This document shows, piece after piece, positions 7,363-17,200 of a stretch of 20,000 nt of DNA (its first letter is position 1; each line of letters starts with the position of its first letter). The position numbers and the translations under genes were made by a program. The stretch is from the NCBI GenBank assembly GCA_964632485.1, contig CAZWDO010000019.1:60160-80159 (forward strand). The letters run 5' to 3'. The DNA is from an uncultured bacterium. Lineage in GTDB: Bacteria > JAGOEH01. The notes below the pieces were generated by a model. The model searched no databases, was not told the origin of the DNA, and saw only the letters and a program-made list of their open reading frames with translations.

Positions 7363-8832
7363 TTAAAAGTTATTGGTAATTTCAACAAACAATTTTTCCC
7401 ATTCACTGCTTTTCCCGTCGAGGAAAGATTTAATGAAGTAATAGACCAGAGTTGCTGACATACCGATGATTAAACCATAGATAGTGGTATAAAGGGCGAC
7501 ATTGATACCGCCAGCCAGATTACTGATCAGTTCCCCTTGAGCCATTCCCGCGCTGGATTCGCTGATTCGGGCGAACGCCTGACTAATACCGGTCACCGTG
7601 CCGAAAAGTCCGACCATGGGAGCCACCGAAGCGACAACCCATACCCAGTCCAGATATCCATTCATCTGCTCCAATTCGCTGGCTGCGGTCTTATCGACGG
7701 CCCGATCAATTTCAGATGAAGCATACCAGGCATCCTTATTGTTCAAATGATTCTCTAAACCAGCCAGGAAGATGCGGCTTATCCGCAAATTTGTATTTTC
7801 CCTGCATAGGTCCTTGGCTTTTTGAATATATTTTACGGAATAGTCATTCCATACAATACTTTTGCATTTAGAGATCGCCTCCTGCTTTTCTACATCGCTT
7901 TTTGCGCCCTTGATGATTGAAAGCAGGGTTTGGCCTAATTTTTTATAATCGATAATTTTTGTGAATTCCCCAACCTCTTCCTGATCCTGCTTCTCAATCG
8001 TCCCATCCTCCAGAGCGGAAGCCAACGATTTAACAAATAGGGTTTCTTCGTCCAAATCGGGATTCTCATCGTCAATGGAGCGCTCGGTTTCAATCGTCAA
8101 CTGGCCATCGGCGCCTTTGAGCTGAGTTTTGAGTTTCAAACCGTTATTGATCCAGAGACTTTTAATCTGTTCCAGAGTTTTTGGTTTGAAATCGACGTTC
8201 TTTTTGAGATTTAGAATCGTGAGAACGGCGGCGCCCAGAAAGATCAACGCTAAAATCGAAAATGCGATCACGTAGGGGGTTCCCAGTTTTTCCAACGTTG
8301 ATTGCTCTTTTTTTCCGGGTTCCTGGCCTTTTTCCATCATGGCGCGGATGTTTTGTTTTTCGAAGCCTTTTACCTTGACCAGAAGGTCAGGGGAAGCGAA
8401 ACGATACTTGTTATAATCGCCCAGATTAAATCTTCTCAGATTAATACGGATAGTGCCGTTGGTGGCAACTGTAAAATAGATATCGCCCGTAGCATCGGGT
8501 ATAGACGTAAATTTCCATGTTTTCAGAACAGATTCGACCTTTTCGAAAAATGCCGTAGTTCCAGCATGAACAAAATAAGGGTACCAGGCGCAGCTTACCA
8601 CCTCACCCTTTAAAATATTAATATCGATAGTAACAAACCCAGGCTGATCGATGTCATTTGGAGAATTGTTAATTTGTTTCAATTCTTCAAGATTGAGACT
8701 TTCCCCTTCCGACAATTTAAATTCCACTATTTCCTTGTTCGTTGGCGCGGAAGCTTGATCGCCATCCTGACCCCACACTGCTCCGTAACCCAAAACAATC
8801 ATCAACAGAAATATCAGCGCATTCTTCATCAT
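7363..8832 (-). CDS. MotA/TolQ/ExbB proton channel family protein (489 aa) with signal peptide, TonB-CTD-like N-terminal domain and enlarged cytoplasmic domain
   Basis: Channel motifs VAPMVGLFGTVTGISQAF and GGINVALYTTIYGLIIG. AAGGAG SD at 8839-8844. N-terminal PGFVTIDINILKGEVVS...FFEKVESVLKTWKF. Confidence 0.9.
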   Translation of the reverse strand: MMKNALIFLLMIVLGYGAVWGQDGDQASAPTNKEIVEFKLSEGESLNLEELKQINNSPNDIDQPGFVTIDINILKGEVVSCAWYPYFVHAGTTAFFEKVESVLKTWKFTSIPDATGDIYFTVATNGTIRINLRRFNLGDYNKYRFASPDLLVKVKGFEKQNIRAMMEKGQEPGKKEQSTLEKLGTPYVIAFSILALIFLGAAVLTILNLKKNVDFKPKTLEQIKSLWINNGLKLKTQLKGADGQLTIETERSIDDENPDLDEETLFVKSLASALEDGTIEKQDQEEVGEFTKIIDYKKLGQTLLSIIKGAKSDVEKQEAISKCKSIVWNDYSVKYIQKAKDLCRENTNLRISRIFLAGLENHLNNKDAWYASSEIDRAVDKTAASELEQMNGYLDWVWVVASVAPMVGLFGTVTGISQAFARISESSAGMAQGELISNLAGGINVALYTTIYGLIIGMSATLVYYFIKSFLDGKSSEWEKLFVEITNNF

Positions 8833-8847
8833 GTTTTGCTCCTTTTT

Positions 8848-10662
8848 TTATTGAACTAAAAATTGAATAGCTTTATTATAGCTATCGCTAAAAGGGAATT
8901 GATAAACGATTTCACGCATTTTTGCCTTGGCTTCATCCTGATTACCCAACCCGGCCAGGGCCAGGCCCTCCAGGTAAAGTTTATCATCCATAATCAGTCG
9001 ATCGCTGCTGCCGAAAGGTTCGATATTTGGAAATTCATCGATAAAGCCGGGCATTTGTACGGAAAAATCTCCGACAAAACCCAATGCTTGCTCGGCATCA
9101 CTATACTGTTTCAATTCAATTAAGCATTCGGCTTTGCGAATCAGAGCGAGTAAAGCGATTTCCACGTTCATGGAATCTCTGGGAGTGGTTTCAATCTGAT
9201 TTAAGTATCCAACCGCAGCCATATAATCTTTTTCGCCGATTTTCAACAAAGCAAGGTCATAGAGAAACCGATATTTATATTTAGTGGCCGGTGTATCAAC
9301 CACTTCGGGATCGATGTAGGTATTTACGGCCTGCAAGGGAGCCAACGCTGCGCTACCTTTTGCATACTCCTTTTGATGCAGGTAGCTCTCGGCGTAATTA
9401 CAGTGGGTTTCGTAGCGCACAGCGCCATTCACATCAGCATAAGTTGGGCTGAATGGTAGGATTGCGCTCAGGGGCGCGATGGACTTGATCATCTCAAAAC
9501 CTGCCTGGTAATTAGCGATGGCCCCGGACCAGTTACCGGCTTCAACATCCAGATTACCCAACATGATTGTGGCCAAACCGCCATAAATCCCATTAGCGCA
9601 GAGCGTAGTCATATTATTCAAATCATCGGCGGCTTTATTGAATTTTCCAACCAATCCTTTGTAACGCATTCTATTCGCTTCTAAAGGATCCCCTATCAAA
9701 TTGCGCCAGCGAACATCACAAGGGATGCTTTTACCATACAGACTCAGAGAGAATTTAGATGAATTGCTTTCGATTTCGGATTGATTCGTAAACGCATAAT
9801 CAAGTTGCGTAGTCATCTCTCCCGGCAGACGAAAACCCATGGCGGCGCCCAAGGTGATTTCACTCTGGCAGTAACCGCCGCGGATAAACAGCGGGAAGTT
9901 ATCTCCCAAGGCCGAGACTTTGTATTCTAATCCCAGTCTGACATCTGTTTCGCCTTCGGAGGGCATATAAAAATCAGCCAATGCGGTCAGGTTCTTAATG
10001 GGAACATAACAAAGACCCATTACCATGGTGGTAACATTCTCATCTTCGCCAGCTTTGGCTTTCAACAGGTTCCGATAGGCAAAGGCGAAATCGAGTCCTT
10101 TAAGAAAACTGAGTTTCCATTTTAAACCCAGGTCCATATCGAATGCTGAATTAGTAGTCGAACCGATTTTATTGCTGAGTGATTTCAGGAACAGACCTGC
10201 GGAAAGTCCCTTAATCACAGAAAAATTCGGAGCGGCATAAGCGTATGAGAATCCGAGCATATTTTGCGACAGGGAAAAGTCCGCTGTCGGCAGGTTATTG
10301 ATATCGCGGCCTGAGAAATCACCATTATTGAATCCGGCGAAATAGAGGCCAAATGTACCGATTTTCATAAGGGGATAAAAACCGGCGGCATACATCAATT
10401 TTGAATCGTCAAAAAACAACTGATCATAACCAACGGTCAATTGCCAAGTTTGCAGGGAAGGACGGGCAGAACCCGCCGGATTCCAAAAAATCCCGATGGG
10501 ATCGTCCGCTAATGCAGTATAGGCTTTACCCAGTCCGAGAGCCCGAGTGCCGATTCCATAACGCAGGAATGGAAACACCTGGCCGGCCTGGCCGTCATCC
10601 GCCCATAATGCCTGACTGCAGATGAGGAGTCCAATTAAAATCGTGACTATCTTTTTTGCCAT
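8848..10662 (-). CDS. PorV/PorQ-family (FadL-like) outer-membrane beta-barrel fused to a C-terminal TPR domain (604 aa)
   Basis: Signal peptide followed by the family motif FLRYGIGTRALGLGKAYTALADDPIGIFWNPAG. Amphipathic strands (FDMDLGLKWK, VRLGLEYK, QLDYAF) run to about aa 310. TPR-like helices follow (LGNLDVEAGNWSGAIANYQAG, LYDLALLKIGEKDYMAAVGYL, LYLEGLALAGLGNQDEAKAKM). Confidence 0.85.
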   Translation of the reverse strand: MAKKIVTILIGLLICSQALWADDGQAGQVFPFLRYGIGTRALGLGKAYTALADDPIGIFWNPAGSARPSLQTWQLTVGYDQLFFDDSKLMYAAGFYPLMKIGTFGLYFAGFNNGDFSGRDINNLPTADFSLSQNMLGFSYAYAAPNFSVIKGLSAGLFLKSLSNKIGSTTNSAFDMDLGLKWKLSFLKGLDFAFAYRNLLKAKAGEDENVTTMVMGLCYVPIKNLTALADFYMPSEGETDVRLGLEYKVSALGDNFPLFIRGGYCQSEITLGAAMGFRLPGEMTTQLDYAFTNQSEIESNSSKFSLSLYGKSIPCDVRWRNLIGDPLEANRMRYKGLVGKFNKAADDLNNMTTLCANGIYGGLATIMLGNLDVEAGNWSGAIANYQAGFEMIKSIAPLSAILPFSPTYADVNGAVRYETHCNYAESYLHQKEYAKGSAALAPLQAVNTYIDPEVVDTPATKYKYRFLYDLALLKIGEKDYMAAVGYLNQIETTPRDSMNVEIALLALIRKAECLIELKQYSDAEQALGFVGDFSVQMPGFIDEFPNIEPFGSSDRLIMDDKLYLEGLALAGLGNQDEAKAKMREIVYQFPFSDSYNKAIQFLVQ

Positions 10663-10783
10663 AACCCATCCTTTTCGAGGTTACCTGTTATCTTGATTCT
10701 AAAATTTCTAATCCACACGGTTATACTCCTTTCGTTGCTGCTTCGATACCGAACCAATCAGGTTCAATTTCTAAAACCTCCCT

Positions 10784-13700
10784 TTATTTCTTCAGTACAG
10801 CGATTTTCAGGTTTTCGGTTTTGCCGGATGACTTTATCAAGGCCATATAGCCGCCATCAGCCACTAAATTGCCTTCGCCGTTCCGGCCGTCCCATGTCAG
10901 TTCATTGATGCCAATGACGCCGCTATGGGTCAACTGACGGATTTTACCGCCAAAAAAATCATAGATATTGATTTCCACCGAACCGGCCGCGCTCAGACTG
11001 AAACGAATCGTCGTCGCCTGGCTACGGGGATCGAAGGGATTGGGGTAATTATGGGCATAATCAACTTTCCCATCCGGTAATTCCAAACGGACAACGGCAT
11101 ATTTCCCGCCCAAATCGGTGATAGGAATATTTTGGATTTGATTGGGATTGGTCCCGGGGTACTCGAAAGCTACCCGTTTCCATACTGGTTTATCCGCGCT
11201 CACATTATTGTCGAGTTGGAATATATAAAGCTTAAATCCCGTTTCATCGCTGCCGGTCGTACCAAAATCCAAGTCCAACAGAGCGGTTGCGCTCAATGAG
11301 GTCACTGGATTTCCGTCACTATCGGTAGCGCTGAACGAAAAAACCGATTTCCCGGAAAGAAATTCAAGCTCTTCCTGATCGTCGGCAACCAGATGCACAG
11401 CGTTGGCTTCCGGGGCATTTTCCAAAATAATATGCAAGCGCATATCCGTAGAGAAAGAACCGGCGGGGACTTCCATTTCAACCTTGGGTTCATCGGTTAA
11501 ATGTTTAACGACTGCGCCACCGTTCTCCGTTTCCAGCCAGGTTTCATACAAATAGGAATACGCCGCCGCATTTTGATTGCCGGCGCAATCTTCCAGATCG
11601 TCGATCATCAATTGCAGGACGCTGTGTTGCGGCATGCCGCCAGCGACGCTCAAGGTCAATTGAGAGGCGCGTCCGCTGGAGGGCGTTTTTTGCAGCGTAT
11701 AGGTGATATTGTCCGCAATATTGAACATATCGGTCAAGGTCGCGCTCACCCCGGCCACATCAATGGAATCGTTGAAGGTAATGGTGAAATGAGCTTTCTC
11801 CAGCGCGCTGAAAAACGTCGTATCGCCGGTAATAGCCGGAATGATAGCGGTTACAGCCGGCGCCGTCTGATCCAGGTACACGGAAACAACTGCCGAATAA
11901 ACAGAGCTTCCCTTGGCATTGGTCGCTTTAACACGATAATAATAAAACTGGTTGTTCCCCGTTGGATTAAACGTCCAGGTCGAAGGCGCGGTTTTTTCAC
12001 TATTCGGCCGCAAAATCTGCTGAGTGGTTACGTTTGCCGAAAAATCAGCAACATCGCTTTGCTCCACATCATAACGATCAATATAAGGTTGATCGTTCCA
12101 GTCGATGGCAATCACCGGGCTATTTGTACAATTTCCTGTAGCCGGAGATAAAATCAACGGAACTGCCGGGACCTTATTGACAAAGGTGAAGGGTCCGCAG
12201 GTGTAATCGCTGAACAGTTCCAGGTTGTTTTCTTTATCAATGGAATGAATTCCCAGCCATACCTGGCAGGAGTCCCAGCCGCAACTGTCATAAACAGCAA
12301 ACATTGCGCCGGAACTATAACGTCCGATTTCACCGGTCTTCTGCGAACCATCTCCCAAATTCTGAATCATAAACTTAAGGATGGAACGTTCCACACCGCT
12401 TCCGATTATAGCGGGCAGTTCGGTAGTCGCCTTATCCTCGGTAGCGAAACCGACAGACATTGCAACGCTATAGATAGTATCGGTACGGGGGCAGGTCACA
12501 GTAGTAACCGGCGGCAGTACGTCGCGATTGATGAATTTAAAAGGACCGCAGCTATAACCGCTGGAATCTTCAAGATTACCAACTTCATCAATGGAAAAAA
12601 GTTTCCACCGGACCTGACAGGTATCATAGCCGCTGATCTGCCAGGCATCCAAAGAAAATGCATTGTCAATTCCATCGACCACGCCGGTTTTTTTAGCATT
12701 GCCCGGGGCTAGATCGCTAATCTCATATTTTAACAGAGTACGGGCAACACCACTGCCGACCGGATCGCTGATTGTAGATGCGACTTTATCAGTTGCGCTG
12801 AATTCGATCACTGCTGTACGGAAAAACTTAGCGCCTGTAACCGGGCAGGCGGGCGTAGTAACCGGCGCCATGTTGTCATTAATCACATGACTTAAATCAG
12901 TAACACTGCCATTGCCCAACGAATCTTCCGACCAGACGGCGAAATTGACAGTGCCGGCCTGAGTATTGCTGAAACTATGGCAGATGCCAGTAACCGTCGT
13001 TTGATTTTGATAAGCTCCGCCGGTCAGGAACCAGGCCACTTCATAGGTAACGGGATCCACCGTGGTATTCACATCGCTCCAGCAGACCTGAAAGGAAAGG
13101 CCTTTATTGTAGCCCCAGTCTTCCTGATTAAATTCCGGCTTGGGGGGAGCTTGGCGGTCGGAACGGGCCCGTGTGGTATTATTGCCCAATTTTTGCAATC
13201 CCGTGGACTTGGAAACCGGAATCACCTGATAATAATAAAGCGTATCCAACGGGGCAAGGGTTGCGACATTTTCATCGGTGTAGGTTGTGGTTGTGGTCGT
13301 GCCGATCATCGTTGCCCGGCCGTCAAGATTCAAATCAGGTATTTCAATATCATAATAAAGTGAACGCCAGATTTGAAATTCCTGAACCCGGGAGAGAAGC
13401 GAAGCAGGATAGGTCGTCCAACTCAGTTGAACCTTTCCGGCTTTTAAACTTTTATGCTCCAATTGAGTAATCGAAGCGAGATCAGCGCCGGAAGAAAATT
13501 GAATTGTCGTATCGTTAAGATGCCCAACAGCGTCATGAATCGCCAGTCGAACAAAATAGGTTTTTTCAGCTTTCAATCCTTCCAGCCGGTATGATTCAGG
13601 ATCAACCGGGAAGATGAGGCGTGTCTGAGCAGTAGCCAGTCCGGCCGTTGTATCCCAGTAAAGACTGCATACCACAATATCATCGATCCCATTGCCGCCG

Positions 13701-14191
13701 GAAATCTGGTATGACCAATAAAGGGTTGCCGCTTCGCCGGAAATATCGGCAAGATCAACCCGAAAATTGCTAATGGTAGCATCAAGCTGGCAATCCGCAG
13801 CGAATGGGCCTTCGGAAGGCGTGACATAAAACGGGTAGCAAACGGTATCGCTGTTATTCACATAGAAAACATAGACACGAAAGTAATAGGACTCCAGATG
13901 TTCGAGGAGCGTATCGGCATCTGTATAGCTGGTGTCTGATGACGGGACGAATGCGATTTTATCGTTCCAGTCGGGACTTGCCGCATCAATGGAGTGTTGG
14001 CTGCGGAACACGGCGTAATACCAGGTAGCGCCGCCCAGATCAAATGTGGATGGTTCCCAGTTCAATTGAAACGAGCATTGATCCGGAGTAACGTTCAATT
14101 GTTTGATATTGCGTATGGCAGTCTGCTCCTGGGCGAACAAGCCGACAGTCAGCAGGAACCATAAAACGAATAGAAATTTGGTTTTCTTCAT
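10784..14191 (-). CDS. Large secreted FN3/Ig-repeat protein (1135 aa) with Big_5-like and ZU5-like domains and a FlgD-Ig/T9SS-like C-terminal sorting domain
   Basis: Signal peptide MKKTKFLFVLWFLLTVGLFA|QE. FN3 motifs (LNW...YAVFRS...SYTD...YYFRV). C-terminal NYPNPFDP...VEINIYDFFGGKIRQL...WDGRNGEGNLVADGGY...KIAVLKK. AGGAGAGG SD. Confidence 0.88.
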   Translation of the reverse strand: MKKTKFLFVLWFLLTVGLFAQEQTAIRNIKQLNVTPDQCSFQLNWEPSTFDLGGATWYYAVFRSQHSIDAASPDWNDKIAFVPSSDTSYTDADTLLEHLESYYFRVYVFYVNNSDTVCYPFYVTPSEGPFAADCQLDATISNFRVDLADISGEAATLYWSYQISGGNGIDDIVVCSLYWDTTAGLATAQTRLIFPVDPESYRLEGLKAEKTYFVRLAIHDAVGHLNDTTIQFSSGADLASITQLEHKSLKAGKVQLSWTTYPASLLSRVQEFQIWRSLYYDIEIPDLNLDGRATMIGTTTTTTYTDENVATLAPLDTLYYYQVIPVSKSTGLQKLGNNTTRARSDRQAPPKPEFNQEDWGYNKGLSFQVCWSDVNTTVDPVTYEVAWFLTGGAYQNQTTVTGICHSFSNTQAGTVNFAVWSEDSLGNGSVTDLSHVINDNMAPVTTPACPVTGAKFFRTAVIEFSATDKVASTISDPVGSGVARTLLKYEISDLAPGNAKKTGVVDGIDNAFSLDAWQISGYDTCQVRWKLFSIDEVGNLEDSSGYSCGPFKFINRDVLPPVTTVTCPRTDTIYSVAMSVGFATEDKATTELPAIIGSGVERSILKFMIQNLGDGSQKTGEIGRYSSGAMFAVYDSCGWDSCQVWLGIHSIDKENNLELFSDYTCGPFTFVNKVPAVPLILSPATGNCTNSPVIAIDWNDQPYIDRYDVEQSDVADFSANVTTQQILRPNSEKTAPSTWTFNPTGNNQFYYYRVKATNAKGSSVYSAVVSVYLDQTAPAVTAIIPAITGDTTFFSALEKAHFTITFNDSIDVAGVSATLTDMFNIADNITYTLQKTPSSGRASQLTLSVAGGMPQHSVLQLMIDDLEDCAGNQNAAAYSYLYETWLETENGGAVVKHLTDEPKVEMEVPAGSFSTDMRLHIILENAPEANAVHLVADDQEELEFLSGKSVFSFSATDSDGNPVTSLSATALLDLDFGTTGSDETGFKLYIFQLDNNVSADKPVWKRVAFEYPGTNPNQIQNIPITDLGGKYAVVRLELPDGKVDYAHNYPNPFDPRSQATTIRFSLSAAGSVEINIYDFFGGKIRQLTHSGVIGINELTWDGRNGEGNLVADGGYMALIKSSGKTENLKIAVLKK
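12176..12877 (-). repeat. Tandem ~118-aa Ig-like domain duplication within the 1135-aa protein
   Basis: DNMAPVTTPACP...GSGVARTLLKY...KTG...GYDTCQV...SIDEVGNLE...YSCGPFKFIN aligns with DVLPPVTTVTCP...GSGVERSILKF...KTG...GWDSCQV...SIDKENNLE...YTCGPFTFVN. Confidence 0.85.
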
Positions 14192-14209
14192 ACCCTCTCC
14201 TGATCCGGT

Positions 14210-17200
14210 TTATTTAAGAAATAACATTTTTTTGCCGGCTTGGAACTTCGTTCCTAATTGTAAACGGTAAAAATAGAGTCCCGTTCCCACTTCACGTCCG
14301 GTTTCATCACACCCATGCCAGGTAACGCGGTAAGCGCCGGGGCTCATGGACTGATTAAGCAGCCGCGCGATACGCTCGCCTACGATATTATAGATATCGA
14401 GCGTAACGGTACCGTCATATCCGGCCGGTACGTCAAAGGCAATCGTCGTCGTGGGGTTGAAGGGATTGGGAAAGTTCTGCCATAGCGCATATTTTTGAGG
14501 AATGACCGCTTCTTCTTTCGCTAACACAAATGTCGCTTGGTCAGATGTTACGCCGGATTGACGGAAATTCTCATTCCCGGCGCTATCGACCGGCGCGGCG
14601 ACATAATAGTATTGGGCTGTTGGTGTGATGGTGGTGTCGAAATAATGCATTTCCTGTCCCATCGGAGGCACCGTAGCAATCAAGGCGCCAACAACTGCGC
14701 TATCCACTTCGGGTGTCATACTGCGATAGATGCGGTATCCCATGATCCCGGTCAGATTATCCTCCACCGCGCGCCAACTCAGCCGGTTTTTTGGATTCTG
14801 CTGAGATGGAATACGCTGAACGGATAAGTTTTCACGCGATACCGGCGCAGGCGGTTCATCATCGATCAACACGCTCAACACATCATCGCAATCCGCGCAG
14901 GAAGCAGTAAATAATTCACTTTTATTGCCTGTTGAATCAATCATCTCAATTGCAATATAATTCAACATATTAGCAAAAGTCTTTTGCGAAAAGCCGGTCA
15001 GTTTAAGAGTATCACCCTGCCAAACCAGATTTGTGAATGTTTTCGTATAGGCCTGATTTTGATTGAAACTGCCATCCTTGCTAAAATATACATTCAGCGT
15101 CTTGATATCGTGGCTTCCGGCAATCAGTGTCAGGTTCAAATTATTGCTGGCAAGAAAATCAGGCAACACCGATACTTGCGGGGCTGCGGGCGATGTAAAA
15201 TCAGCCCATACAGAAAATGCTTCTGAAGCTGTTTGTTGATTATTGGCATAATCAACAGGAACAATCTGATAATAATAGCGTTTTTCTGTTTCTACACGTG
15301 TATCCGTGTACATATTAAAAAAAGAATTAGCGGGAATCGAATCGAGGAGATGACTCATTATACTGTCTCCCCGGCCTTCCTGGCGGTAAATATCGTAGCG
15401 GTAGATACCACTGGTATCGCGGGAATGGCTCCATTGGATGATGATCGTTCCCGTATCAACACCCGCGGGTAAGGCTTCACAACCTTCTTTGATCACCGTA
15501 GTTGGCGGTGTGGTGTCATAAAAGATATGTTCCGTGGCATTACCGATCAAATCATACTGAGCGGAATAAAGATATGGAGTAATATACCGATATCCATCGC
15601 CGGTAAAATTAAAATTGAGGCTTTCATTGACGACCAGATCGAGCGTATCGATCAAATGGCTGGTCTGGCGATTCAATACATACAAATCTTTATTGACTAC
15701 ATCAGTATCATTGCCCACATCCAGATATTTTTTATAGCGAACCGCGGAGATTACATCCGGGGCATAAATTTCGATTTCCACCGGCTGTTTATTGGAGGTA
15801 ACCTGGGGAGTTGGCAATGTCGCATCGAGAGCCCGAAGGGTAACTGTGATACTATCAAAACTAAAATAAACCACCCGGGGACTGGTAACAATATAGTTAG
15901 TATTGCCTACCTGATCAATGAGTTTAAACCGCAAATAGAAGGGAAGCGGATTTGGATCCTCCGCGCGACGATTGATTTTAACAACTGTATCCATAGTAGT
16001 ATCGGCGGACGTAAAAGGAATAACGAGTGACGTATCGACTCCGCTGGCAAAATTCGATGATCGACTGCCTTCGAGAATCATATACTTCAGTCCGCTACCG
16101 GCTTCAATGAGCGAATGTACCATATCCTGCCAGCGAATCACCTGGACGCCGAATGGACGCTTGGTGTAATAGATCTGGTTATTGGAGCTGGTGGGTTTAG
16201 CAGAATCCTGAACGCAATGAATGACATTCGACCAGGCGCTGGTATCATGGTACAACGTTCTATTGACACGGGCCCGATAATAGAGGGGCTGTTGAGGATC
16301 ATTCATAATCAACTGTCCGCGCCCGTTTTTACCAAACGTATAGGCAAAATGATAAGGCACGCCACCCTCATTCGCATCAGGTCGGGTCCAATCGGAAAGG
16401 AATTTCAACCTCGCGGCGCTGAATAACGGATCCGTAGAGACTTCATACTGGGTCAGATATTGAGCGGTATCCAGCAGGTTTTTATTATACGTTAAATAGA
16501 CTGTATGGGTATCGCCGGGCGCGAAATAAAGCGAATCGGGGGAAATATAGTATCGATCGGCATGGTAATAAATCAATGTGGGGGCTTCCGCCGGAGCCGG
16601 CATGGTTTCTAATTGCAATACCGTTGAAGCGGAAGGAGATTCATTGCCAGCGCGATCAATGGCATATAGATACACATAATATTGGCCATTAGTCGTTATA
16701 TCAATCGCGGCTCCCTGATCATTAAACCGGTCGAAGATACGCAAGACAGACAAGGAAGTCGTATTTACAACAGCCGTATAGAAAGGATTCGTTGTCGCAT
16801 CTTTCTTGATGCGGAGACGATAGCCTTCGACAGCCGAACAATCATCGCTACCGGCCTGCCAATAGAGATTAGCTTTACCACTAATATAGTCATAGGTAAA
16901 GGTAGTCGGGGGCACAGGCGGTGTCATATCGACTTTTTTCGTCAGAACCGTACTATAGGGGCTCATATAATTACCCTGATAGACCGCGCGGATGCGAAAA
17001 TAGATCGTATCACAGGGATTAACGTCCAGTACGGGCGGTGAAATCACAAAAAACTGTTGATCAGAGGAAAATTCGGTACTATTTTGAGTCTGATTTTCCA
17101 CAATCACTGAATCCGCAAAGGATGATCCATAGGCAATTTGGTAAATATAGCTCACGACAAGGCTGCTGCAGCGGGTAACCCGGTAGCGCAACGTATCGGC

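Noticed and set aside
7353-7406. ORF-track N-terminal extension of the 498-aa ORF
   Set aside because: It overlaps the upstream ExbB. The ATG at 7352 has an AGGAGG SD and a signal peptide.
3902-8832. Calling the motor genes canonical tolQRA-tolB-pal or tonB-exbBD, or motAB
   Set aside because: No pal, no TonB-dependent receptor and no OmpA-like MotB domain are visible, and the domain architectures are non-canonical. Gene symbols are withheld for the ExbB-like genes.
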